Shown: positions 52,701 to 61,400 of the stretch, piece by piece
How the letters are laid out: every line of letters starts with the position of its first letter
Position numbering within the stretch: the stretch's first letter is position 1
Source of the DNA: Flectonema sp. DT1601
Taxonomy: Eukaryota
Direction: 5' to 3'
Assembly (NCBI GenBank): GCA_964019425.1
Contig: OZ025787.1
Span: forward strand, 620,001 to 684,000
DNA length: 64,000 nucleotides
The notes under the pieces: generated by a model
The model's database searches: none
What the model was told of the DNA's origin: nothing
Seen by the model: only the letters and a program-made list of their open reading frames with translations
Translations under genes and position numbers: made by a program

Positions 52701-53915
52701 CTACAGGAAACAGGTGACATCCCCTGTCTTTAACGCCCTCGCCATTGCAATTGGGTTTCCGCCGTACCTCAGCGTGGTGTCTGAAAGGGCCGACACTCCT
52801 GCATGCTTGGCCAGCCTGCTTATCAGCCCTTCTGTGAGTCCTTGCTGCTCTTGGTCCGATGCCAGAACCTCCAACAGATGACTTATCGCACCTCTTTTTA
52901 TTGAGTGGGCGGTGTATCTTTTCATCCTGCCGTCCTGCTGGAACGTTTTCACTAATTTTGACGTGTCCCACGGGTGTAGTTTTTTGAACTCCCCCATCGC
53001 ATCCAGCAAGATCTTTATCTCTTCTGTGTGATTCCCCTTTATCACCGTCCATCTGCTTGGCGAGTAAGGGTTTGCCCTCCTTCCCTTCGGCGTGCGGAAC
53101 CAATCTATAATAATCTCTGACGGACTTACAGAGATGAACTGGTCCCTTGAGAGCGCTGCGGTCTCGCCCCATCTTGATGCAGTCTTCCAGCACACTAGCA
53201 TTGCCAAGTGGGTCTTTAAGTCTTGCCCCCTTGCCCAATCCACCAGGTCGAAACTTGTCATTGGCGTTGCCTGTTCCAGCGGTATTGCCGCCCCGTTCGC
53301 CCTCAGTGCTGCAGCCAAGCTCAACAGCGGTCCGTTTTCTATTCCGATCCTCCCCATCACTGCAGACAGACTCTTTGCATAAGAGAGAAGCCCTTGCACT
53401 GCCACACCTGTCGCCATCACGAACAGAACAGCCGAGCTTGCGTTTGCTGGTTTCTCCTTTTCCCTTGCCCAGGCCCGAAATCTTCTCCACAGATTCCGCC
53501 TGCTTGCTGTTGTCTTTGAGGCCCACATCTTCTCCAGTGTTTCTTGAAGCTTTTCTGTCGCCTCCATGTATGTGACGGAATCCTCGGCATGCCGCCTCTT
53601 CGTCCCCTCTGGGCATCCCTCCATCATGTCCAACAGGATCTTCCCAACCACATTTCCTTCTAATCCTTCTGAGGGCATTGTTTCCGTTGAATCTGCGATC
53701 TCTTCTGTTCCAACTGAGCTTATTTTCATCTCCCTTCCGCTGGGGAATCCTCGGACTGCGGATTTTACAATGTTGTCCGGGTCTTGAACGATTAAACTTA
53801 CAGATCCTCCTAACCTTGCTTTTAGTCGGCTGCTCCTCAACACCTGTCTTGAGTGCTTCTGCATAAGTCTTGCGGGCTTTCTCAACTTTAACTTTGGCAA
53901 TGGGGATGTTTCCAA
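52701..53915 (-). CDS. Tyrosine recombinase of the YR retrotransposon
   Basis: Catalytic set R (SRWGE), K (PKG), HxxR (HSIKR), H (AKH) and Y (LRY) is intact. Start codon uncertain. Confidence 0.88.
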   Translation of the reverse strand: METSPLPKLKLRKPARLMQKHSRQVLRSSRLKARLGGSVSLIVQDPDNIVKSAVRGFPSGREMKISSVGTEEIADSTETMPSEGLEGNVVGKILLDMMEGCPEGTKRRHAEDSVTYMEATEKLQETLEKMWASKTTASRRNLWRRFRAWAREKEKPANASSAVLFVMATGVAVQGLLSYAKSLSAVMGRIGIENGPLLSLAAALRANGAAIPLEQATPMTSFDLVDWARGQDLKTHLAMLVCWKTASRWGETAALSRDQFISVSPSEIIIDWFRTPKGRRANPYSPSRWTVIKGNHTEEIKILLDAMGEFKKLHPWDTSKLVKTFQQDGRMKRYTAHSIKRGAISHLLEVLASDQEQQGLTEGLISRLAKHAGVSALSDTTLRYGGNPIAMARALKTGDVTCFL

Positions 53916-53984
53916 TACTTGCGTGTCTAACCTTCGTTTTAGGAACGTTGGTTTTGTTGTTACTTGCAGGGTCCGGTCGGCTGG

Positions 53985-55223
53985 TCACTTCGCGAACCCT
54001 CTCCCGTTTCCCGACGATGGATACGTAGAGACAAACGATCTCCCCCCTTTCCGTTTCGGTTGTTGCATCTTCGCATTTCTATTTCTCTTCGCTATTGCGT
54101 TTGCTTTCTCCAGAGGGTCCTCCGATGCAACTTCTAAGATCATCTCCAACTCTGATCTCTTCGTACCATCCTTGCAAAAGTAATACTGCATCCGCAGTTG
54201 CTCCAACAGCTCGTTCCCCAACTCCACAAAGTGCGGGTTCTCCTCCCACCCTTCAACGTACTCCAAACCGAGAACGAAGTTCTTCAACTGCCTGAAGAAG
54301 CCAAGTAGCTGGCCCCCACCAACCTTGTACTCCAGACCGTTCACATATCGCTCCCTGATCCCATGGATCAGTGCCTCGGTCTTTCCTGACTTCATAACGG
54401 ATGCCCACTTTGTTACATCCCTGCCTGCAGACGGATCAGTCACCTCCCGTGTCATCGCTTCGTTCGACCCCGGTGCTGGTAGTTGCTGTGCTGCTCCCCC
54501 GACTACTGGAACTTGTTGAGCCGTAGTCAACCCGTTCTTCAGATCTGCTATTTCTTGTAATATTTTTTGGATCACTTCCGCATTCTGCTTTTGCTGATCT
54601 CTCTGCTGTTGTGTGATTTGCTGGATAACGCTAGCTTGTTGTTGTTGTTGTTGGGCCTGTTGTTCTCTGAAGGCCTCCCACATGCCTCCGATGTTCTCGG
54701 CTTTTTCAGTGGCCTCCCCAACCCTTCTCCTCACTGATTGGCTCTCCCTCTGATACTGGCTAAACGCCGTCTGCGTTTCGCTTCTCAGCGAGTCGAACCC
54801 CTGCTTGGTATCACTTCTCAGTGTGTCTGTGCTCTGCTGCAGCGATCCCATCGCATCCGCCTCGTCGTGCGTCACCAGCCTATCCGACCCCCCCTTAGAT
54901 ATCCGCTCGCTCATCCGGGCGGCGCTCTGGTTGACCAACTGCAGGCGGCTCCTTGATAACACACCAAGTATTACTAGACACTTATTCATCGAAAGTGTCT
55001 TGGCCGCATCATTGGAGATCCCGAGACACATGGCCAGTGTGCCTTGGATCAACCTTCTTGTCTCCTTGTCGGATCTCAATGTACTTAAGTCGATGCTAAA
55101 GGGGATGCTTGCAACCAGCTCGTCCAGATTGATATTATCGAGCTTCTTTGGTGGTTCCTCACCCATCTGCGCCTTCCAAGTCTCAATTAAGAACTCAGGG
55201 AACTCAAAATTTACACGAGTCAT
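53985..55223 (-). CDS. Gag-like ORF1 of the YR retrotransposon (412 aa, coiled-coil/Gln-rich)
   Basis: First ORF immediately after repeat A1. Assigned by position only. Confidence 0.7.
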   Translation of the reverse strand: MTRVNFEFPEFLIETWKAQMGEEPPKKLDNINLDELVASIPFSIDLSTLRSDKETRRLIQGTLAMCLGISNDAAKTLSMNKCLVILGVLSRSRLQLVNQSAARMSERISKGGSDRLVTHDEADAMGSLQQSTDTLRSDTKQGFDSLRSETQTAFSQYQRESQSVRRRVGEATEKAENIGGMWEAFREQQAQQQQQQASVIQQITQQQRDQQKQNAEVIQKILQEIADLKNGLTTAQQVPVVGGAAQQLPAPGSNEAMTREVTDPSAGRDVTKWASVMKSGKTEALIHGIRERYVNGLEYKVGGGQLLGFFRQLKNFVLGLEYVEGWEENPHFVELGNELLEQLRMQYYFCKDGTKRSELEMILEVASEDPLEKANAIAKRNRNAKMQQPKRKGGRSFVSTYPSSGNGRGFAK

Positions 55224-55401
55224 TATTTAACTTAATTTAAATATAAGTTTTCTTGTGATGAAGACAGGGGTGTGAGAACTGATAAAGGGATAGAAATATT
55301 TGATATCGTCAGAAAACTAATAGAGACATTGACCTATATAAATAAATAAAGGAACGTTTTTTATTTATTTAATAAATAAATAAAAGGAACGGCGATTATG
55401 T

Positions 55402-55473
55402 GGCTACATAGCTCAATTGATAGAACGCCGGTCTGAAATAATGGCGGTCGAGGGTTCAAAACCCGCTGACGGC
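55402..55473 (+). ncRNA. Second, identical tRNA-derived element in repeat A1
   Basis: Same sequence as 50775-50846. Confidence 0.75.
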
Positions 55474-55527
55474 GGTTTTTGTTTGGTGCTCAGTTTCGGT
55501 GGCAAATTACCTAAATGGAATTTTGAT

Positions 55528-55682
55528 ATTCCGGGTGATTGGGATGGGAATTGCCTGTTCAGGAGTGTGTGCCAACCCCTGGGGACGCCAGAGGGGTGGA
55601 AGGGCAGACATGGAGAGCTCCGCAGGAGAACGGCAGGGTACCTGACAATTTGCAGGTTTGCGGGCGTTAGAAGAGGATGGTG
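55528..55682 (+). pseudogene. OTU-like cysteine protease fragment
   Basis: IPGDWDGNCLFRSV...HGELRRRTAGYL resembles the OTU Cys box (DGNCLFRA...LR). Confidence 0.6.
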
Positions 55683-55746
55683 GCCTTCCTATACTGTATG
55701 CACCTGGGAAAGAGAAGTATACTTAATTGAATGAACATGCAGTTAA

Positions 55747-58700
55747 TATCATTAATTTTAGAACAGAAAAGTGAGAATAAGAAAAGTAGAGATCAATAAA
55801 AGAAAAGTATTCATTTCTGCAGTTTCCTAACATCAAAGGGTAATAGAATATGTAGTTTCAGGCCTTAATCTTATACTACTTGTCCCTTTTTAGGCCTTCA
55901 TCAGTAAGTTCTAAGGGACTTCATTCTATGTTGAAGTTGCTATCGTTCAAAGATAAAAATCCATCGGAGCTCGCCAGGATAGGGCTAGCAATGTTTATTT
56001 GCTTTTGCTCAATTTGAATTTTTGACGTCTGATCGTTTCACTATTACAGTCGAGTTAATGGATGAGTCGTCATCCAATTTGCGTTTTACTTTATCTTCGC
56101 ATATCATCAAAGGTCCTATATTCGCTGGTGTCATCGTAACATCCATATCAGTCTGAGCTTTTAATGGTATCATATGGAAACTATACTCTGTAGTTCGGTA
56201 CATCTTGTCAAAATGATCGAAAGGGAGTCTTAAATCTTTTGTGCCTTTAAGAATGTCTCGGATGATCATGGACTCAAATGAGACTAGCGCAACAATAAAG
56301 TGAGTCATCCTTGTTTTCGCTTTATGTAGAATAAGTGCTGCGGCTGCTTCAGGATAATCGAAATCTGCTGGGTTAACGAAGTACTCGATTCTTCTGTTGA
56401 ATTTAGTCATGCAAGCCATGTTAAGTACTTGTAGCGAGAACCAACCATCTGGTGATGGTTTATGCTCTGAGTTGTTCGGTTCTACTTTAAGAGATTCTTC
56501 ATAAAATCGCTGTTGGTAGTTTTGCAGAAAACTGAAGTTAATTCTATCGATATATAAATGATCTGCAATGAAGTTGAGCGCTGCCCATCCGCATTCTCCA
56601 CCGAGAAGACCTTCTCCTGATGTTTGATGTAGGGATGGTGGAAATCGTTTATCCAAGGAATGGCTTGTAGAGCCTGTGTGGTTAATTGTATCCTTTTCGA
56701 TGCTTAATGGGACTTTGTGACTAAACTTCTCAAAAGTAAGGTTGATACGTCGACGCATTGCAGCTGCTGTATTACCATCATCAATGTGAGAGCTAATGAA
56801 GCGGAGGCATGCTGCTCTGATATTGTCAGATTTATAGCCCCGGTTGAGTAATCTATAAGTTACCGCTTCAAGTTCCTGTAAAAAGTCTGCCTGGTTGTTG
56901 CAGATTTTTAGAGCTCGTAAGATCATGGTGGTAAAGATACCTGAACCCATTGATTCTTGAGCTGCGGAATGCTGATGAGTAAACCTTGTTGGCGTAATAT
57001 GCCAACCCCTGGCTTTGTCATTAACACTTAAACGAATCCATCGTTTATTTGTGTTAGTGATCTCTATTCGGATACGAATTCCTATATAAGAGACATCATC
57101 AATATTATTCGAAGTATCAGTGTAATCCATTGAATATAGACTTGCTGGTGGAGGGTCGCAACTCCAGGTGAGGAAGTCGTCGATGTATCTACACGAGTGG
57201 TCATGTTGCCGAGCTAAGTCTAGATTTTTTGCTTCAATTAAAGAATCGATATATGCGGATTCAACTCTATAGCAGTAGAGATTTGCTATATCGCTACTGG
57301 CGTTGCCACCCATTGGAATGCCTATTGTTTGTCTCCAAATATAACCTCTTAATGCAATAAAGGAGGAGTCAATACAGAATTCAAGTAATTTTTGACATTC
57401 TGCAAGCGCAAGAGAAGGGAATCGTGTAGGGTCACTCGATTCAAGACGTAAGATATTTTTGAAACTAAAGGCTTCTTGCAGTGCTTCACTTACTTTAGTT
57501 TTAATAGCGTTGTGTGGTAGGCGGGTGTACATTGTTGTAAAATCAAAAGTCTTAGGGGATAATTTTTTCAAAACCATCAAATTCTGTTTAATCGAACTAG
57601 AGACTTCATCATCTGATTCCACAATCCAGTATCGTTTGAACCGTGAATGCATATCTTTCTCTTTCAATATAGTCATCGCATTTTTAAGGATACTAGAGAG
57701 ATGTTGGTGCGCATATGTTGTTGCTGTTGCAGGTGCAAGATTATGATCCTTATCGTATTGTCGTTGTTCTGCTGTACCCGTGAAGGATGAGACACCAGTA
57801 ATCCATCTCATCCCGATAGCTGATTTGTGTAATTTAATCATTCCATATAGGTGTGGGAGTCGATCAGAGTGGCGGGCATTGATTGAAATGTTCATGTTCT
57901 TGAGGTTGGCTAGTAGAGTTGGTTCGTCTGATGTGATGCGTTCATAAGAATCACTTTGTAGCTGCTCTCGAAGTAAAAGCAAATAATTTATTTTACACAT
58001 GTAACCAATATCGTGCTGTCCTTTGTCAACTTTAAGAAACACAAACTGAGATTGAAGATTCTGAAGTTCAGTCCATGCTTTATTTGATAATGGTGAGTCA
58101 AGAAAGCTTAAGTCTTTACTTAATTTAAGCTGCAATTGTTTAAGAATTGTGTTTTTAAAGATCGATTTAAAGTTATCGCCAACGTTCTTGTATGCGTGAG
58201 TTATATATTCAGTAATATCATTTTCAAGTGATTCTAATGCAGCTGATGGGTGCACTGGGACTCTAAATTTTTGACCTCGTGCGAAGAAGTCTCTTAGTTC
58301 TTCTGAGACTGGTAAATCAATAGCGAGTCCGCAAGAATGGCCGTTGTATTTTAAACTATTCAGTTCTTGAGTACTGCAATTGCAAGTAGATTGAGTCGGG
58401 GAGTCTGAATTGATGCTTGTTGAAGATGCATTTAAGACGATATCACCAACTGTTGTTCCAAGTTTGTTACAGATGCGTGTTCTTTCAAGAGTTCTTAGAC
58501 AAGGACAGGTTGCTTTAACTTCATCACATCTAAGAACAGCGCCAAGACCAATACGATCTAATGCTTTGTGGCCAAGATTCAGTTTCAACCAGTAAGTGTC
58601 CGAATCCTTCTTCTTGTTTTCCCTTCTGAGATTGGCAGGATTTAGTCTTTGCATGAAACAATGCTCCAGCTGTTTTACGCGGGCAGTGTAATGTTCTTGA

Positions 58701-59841
58701 AAAAAGTTACTTCTAAGAAACTGCAAGACTTTTGTAGTGGAGCGTGTCTGCCAACGCGAGAAGTCGTATTCAACGAATTCTTCGTCAGTAAGCTTAAACA
58801 AATAGTTAAGCTTTGACGGGATCCATTTTTTATCCGTTGCGACTTGAAAAGAAACACCTGTTTCTAGTGTTATTGTTGTTGGTTGCAATGTATTGGAGGA
58901 CGTTGTGCTGCTCACATTGTAACCGTCATCTGCTACTTCGTTGAAGTTGTAGAAGTTTTCTGTAGCAAGATGTTGTTGTCTTACAGGTGGAGGTTGGCGG
59001 TTGTTTCTTGTGCGATTTCTGTTCGTACTCAATTTTGGTGCATAATAGCCACGCGTATTTAATAGATTTTTAAAGGAATTAATATAATACTGTTCACGTG
59101 GTGCGGCAGCTCTGTAGAAATCCGCTGCGTTGTTGTAATTGCAATCCGGAATCTTTTCTAGCGGCATGGCTAGGAGTGGGAATCTCTGCTTTGCCAGGAA
59201 CTCATAAAGCTTGTTCCCCTGGTAGCTGTTGTCCCTTGAGTGCTTTTTCGCAGCATACCAGTGGGAATGAACTCGCTTCATTGTAGAATTATACGTTTGC
59301 CCTACGTATACTACTTTCTGGTCTGATCTTCTAAAGAGTGCATAAATGACTCCGGGGGTACGCATTCCGGGTTGTCTGCCTCTTATTTTGCGGCGTTGTA
59401 AAATTTTCCTTTGGAAAATATGGCGTTGACGGTTACAGTTACTCTCGTAAACTGACCAATCTATTCCGCCGTTTCGCTGCTTGTTTCTGTGCGCAGCTCC
59501 TTCATTATGCCAATTAAAATGGGCTTGGCTAGAATGCCAGTTTGCGCGGGAACGTCCATGTTGGCGTCGAATTCTATGTTGTGGGTGTTGTGTAAAACTG
59601 TGTCTCACTTCTCTTACTGATGACTTTCTCCATGGATTAGAATTGTAAGAGGGAGGCAATGCTCGTTCAATGATTAGACGCATTTTACCAGCACCTACGG
59701 ATCGAACTGCTGCACTGATTGCAGCAAATGGGAGCTCTTTCCTGTTTTTTTGCTCTATCATAATTTTTAAAGTGCTTCCTGATTGCACTATCTTCCTTAA
59801 CTGGAAGTCTCTTAAAGGTAGCACTCTAAATAGTGCTGTCC
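55747..59841 (-). mobile_element. Penelope-like retroelement with N-terminal endonuclease (Naiad/Chlamys-type), 5'-truncated, 15-bp TSD TGAACATGCAGTTAA
   Basis: TSD at 55732-55746 and 59842-59856. One long ORF with GIY-YIG followed by RT. Hammerhead candidate in the 3' UTR. Confidence 0.9.
55852..55919 (-). ncRNA. Candidate non-circularly permuted hammerhead ribozyme in the PLE 3' UTR
   Basis: Minus strand reads GUCCCUU-agaa-CUUA-CUGAUGA-AGGCCU-aaa-AAGGGAC-aa-GUAG-UA^-UAAG-auua-AGGCCU-GAAA-CUAC. Predicted cleavage is between 55874 and 55873. Confidence 0.78.
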
Positions 59842-59848
59842 TGAACAT
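56009..59848 (-). CDS. PLE polyprotein: GIY-YIG endonuclease, reverse transcriptase, C-terminal Josephin-like domain (1279 aa; the ATG is supplied by the TSD)
   Basis: Endonuclease: GVIYAL...VYVGQT...KR...H...REQYYI...LN. RT: KVDKG, YGMIKLHK, FDFTTMYT, GIPMGG, RYIDD. C-terminus: ECGWAALN...GWFSLQVL...THF. Confidence 0.9.
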   Translation of the reverse strand: MFRTALFRVLPLRDFQLRKIVQSGSTLKIMIEQKNRKELPFAAISAAVRSVGAGKMRLIIERALPPSYNSNPWRKSSVREVRHSFTQHPQHRIRRQHGRSRANWHSSQAHFNWHNEGAAHRNKQRNGGIDWSVYESNCNRQRHIFQRKILQRRKIRGRQPGMRTPGVIYALFRRSDQKVVYVGQTYNSTMKRVHSHWYAAKKHSRDNSYQGNKLYEFLAKQRFPLLAMPLEKIPDCNYNNAADFYRAAAPREQYYINSFKNLLNTRGYYAPKLSTNRNRTRNNRQPPPVRQQHLATENFYNFNEVADDGYNVSSTTSSNTLQPTTITLETGVSFQVATDKKWIPSKLNYLFKLTDEEFVEYDFSRWQTRSTTKVLQFLRSNFFQEHYTARVKQLEHCFMQRLNPANLRRENKKKDSDTYWLKLNLGHKALDRIGLGAVLRCDEVKATCPCLRTLERTRICNKLGTTVGDIVLNASSTSINSDSPTQSTCNCSTQELNSLKYNGHSCGLAIDLPVSEELRDFFARGQKFRVPVHPSAALESLENDITEYITHAYKNVGDNFKSIFKNTILKQLQLKLSKDLSFLDSPLSNKAWTELQNLQSQFVFLKVDKGQHDIGYMCKINYLLLLREQLQSDSYERITSDEPTLLANLKNMNISINARHSDRLPHLYGMIKLHKSAIGMRWITGVSSFTGTAEQRQYDKDHNLAPATATTYAHQHLSSILKNAMTILKEKDMHSRFKRYWIVESDDEVSSSIKQNLMVLKKLSPKTFDFTTMYTRLPHNAIKTKVSEALQEAFSFKNILRLESSDPTRFPSLALAECQKLLEFCIDSSFIALRGYIWRQTIGIPMGGNASSDIANLYCYRVESAYIDSLIEAKNLDLARQHDHSCRYIDDFLTWSCDPPPASLYSMDYTDTSNNIDDVSYIGIRIRIEITNTNKRWIRLSVNDKARGWHITPTRFTHQHSAAQESMGSGIFTTMILRALKICNNQADFLQELEAVTYRLLNRGYKSDNIRAACLRFISSHIDDGNTAAAMRRRINLTFEKFSHKVPLSIEKDTINHTGSTSHSLDKRFPPSLHQTSGEGLLGGECGWAALNFIADHLYIDRINFSFLQNYQQRFYEESLKVEPNNSEHKPSPDGWFSLQVLNMACMTKFNRRIEYFVNPADFDYPEAAAALILHKAKTRMTHFIVALVSFESMIIRDILKGTKDLRLPFDHFDKMYRTTEYSFHMIPLKAQTDMDVTMTPANIGPLMICEDKVKRKLDDDSSINSTVIVKRSDVKNSN

Positions 59849-61329
59849 GCAGTTAACAAGTCTGGGGTCACTTAGAAGAATCTACACTGTGGTGCAGATT
59901 ACTTCTGCGTAGGGGTTGTGCTGGGCCGTTTCGATTCGACGGGGCACCGGCACCACCACCAGTGGGGGCGGCGGTGCACACCCCGGTGGTCTACTCGAGG
60001 GTGGGGGGATCGACCCAAGAGGACGTCGGTGAGATGGATCCGGTGGCGAACAAGGACCGGATGGAGGCACGCGAGGCACCCGTCGGGGGAGCACCGCGGG
60101 GTACACGTCCAGGGAAGAGGCGGGGTGTGTCCCCCGGACGCGAGTAGTAGGGGGGCAGGCGCAGCGCAAGCTGCTCCTACTGGTGTCGTCTGGAACGCGG
60201 AGATGGAGAAGCTGGGGGCGGCGGCATGCCTGATACACATGGGGGCGCTCGACAGGAGGTTCACGTGGTCGGGCTGCCTACCGACATGGGACGAAGCGAC
60301 GGCGGAGTACGTGGCCGGGGGGTTAACTGTTCGAGTTTGTACGTAAAATACAAATGTTTTGTATCATAGACAACGTAACGATAATTTAACATTAGTTCTG
60401 AGATGCAAACCCGCAAACAGTGGCTAAAGGTAAAGGTGTTGGTGTAGGTATACACTCTGCGATTGACGTAAATACTTTACATTATAATAAATGTTTCTAA
60501 CTCATCTGCATACACATCTCTTTTTCCGTGTTGTCATTCAGTGCAGTACGGAATCGAGTTATTCAATTTTGAATGAATCGTGAGCCCTGGGAAACCAAAA
60601 CCAGGGTATAATGTAATACGGCAGAGTGTAGTTTCACCTACAAATCACTTGCTTAAAATCTTGTTCGCTATCGGTCTCCGGGAGATATTTAGCCTTAGCA
60701 GAGGGATTCCTGCCAATTAGCTCAGCATTCCCAAACTGAGCGACTCTTGCTGACTGTGAAGGTAGACTGGATGGCTGCTCAACAATTCTTTGAAAAAAAT
60801 ATGTTAGCAAAAATTGCTAGTTCGTAGCACACTACTGGCGGAGCAGCACTCACCTTAAATAAATTATGGTGGTTGCATGATCCAACAAATAATGTTGGGG
60901 TGACGGCATCGACGGGTTTTGGGCTAAGACATTTAATTGGCAAAGTCCAGGGTGGGGAATGTATTCAAAAAGAAAACAATCACCTGTGTCCCTGTATGTT
61001 CTATACGCGAACATGTCAGAGTTCTCACAAAATTGACCTTCATGGTTAAGGGTTGCCTCAGTATTTCCTTTAGTTTATGTAACAGGAATGTACTTTCTTT
61101 CAATAAAGAAAACAAAATGACGTAAGATAGATTTACATTATTTGAATTATACGAATTACAATAATATTTATCTCTAAATGTTGTCCTAATTCAAAGGGGC
61201 TGCGGGCCAACTCAGGTAACTGACAAAGAAACTGGACGACGGACGACGGACGCACAAGGAGGCAGAAGGGCTGAGACCAGCACAAGAAGTGGGACAACCC
61301 GAGGAAAAAGAGCGACCCCCGCCGAAGGA

Positions 61330-61400
61330 GGAGAAGCTGTATGCGGTGGCGGTGGGATGGAAACCGGGAGTGTATGCATCGTGGGGGTCAGCCCACGCAA
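61330..61400 (+). pseudogene. RNase H1 N-terminal hybrid-binding (Cauli_VI/viroplasmin-like) domain fragment
   Basis: KLYAVAVGWKPGVYASWGSA matches the YAVxxGxxPGVYxxW motif. It sits in a GC-rich island with no long ORF. Confidence 0.65.

Larger units (their letters stand above)
50457..55527 (-). mobile_element. Tyrosine-recombinase (DIRS-order) retrotransposon, VIPER/TATE-like gene order gag-YR-RT/RH, with split direct repeats A1-ORFs-B1-A2-B2
   Basis: A1 55230-55527, B1 50901-51064, A2 50639-50900, B2 50457-50620. YR, RT and RNase H motifs are present. No TSD. Confidence 0.9.
55683..59961 (-). repeat. Third, diverged copy of YR repeat B, split by the PLE (55683-55746 and 59842-59961)
   Basis: The two halves are colinear with B1 and share the 15-bp duplicated target. 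Confidence 0.85.

Noticed and set aside
56009..59848. Selenocysteine recoding in the PLE, as in some Naiads
   Set aside because: No in-frame UGA interrupts the visible ORF, and I could not build a SECIS in its 3' UTR.
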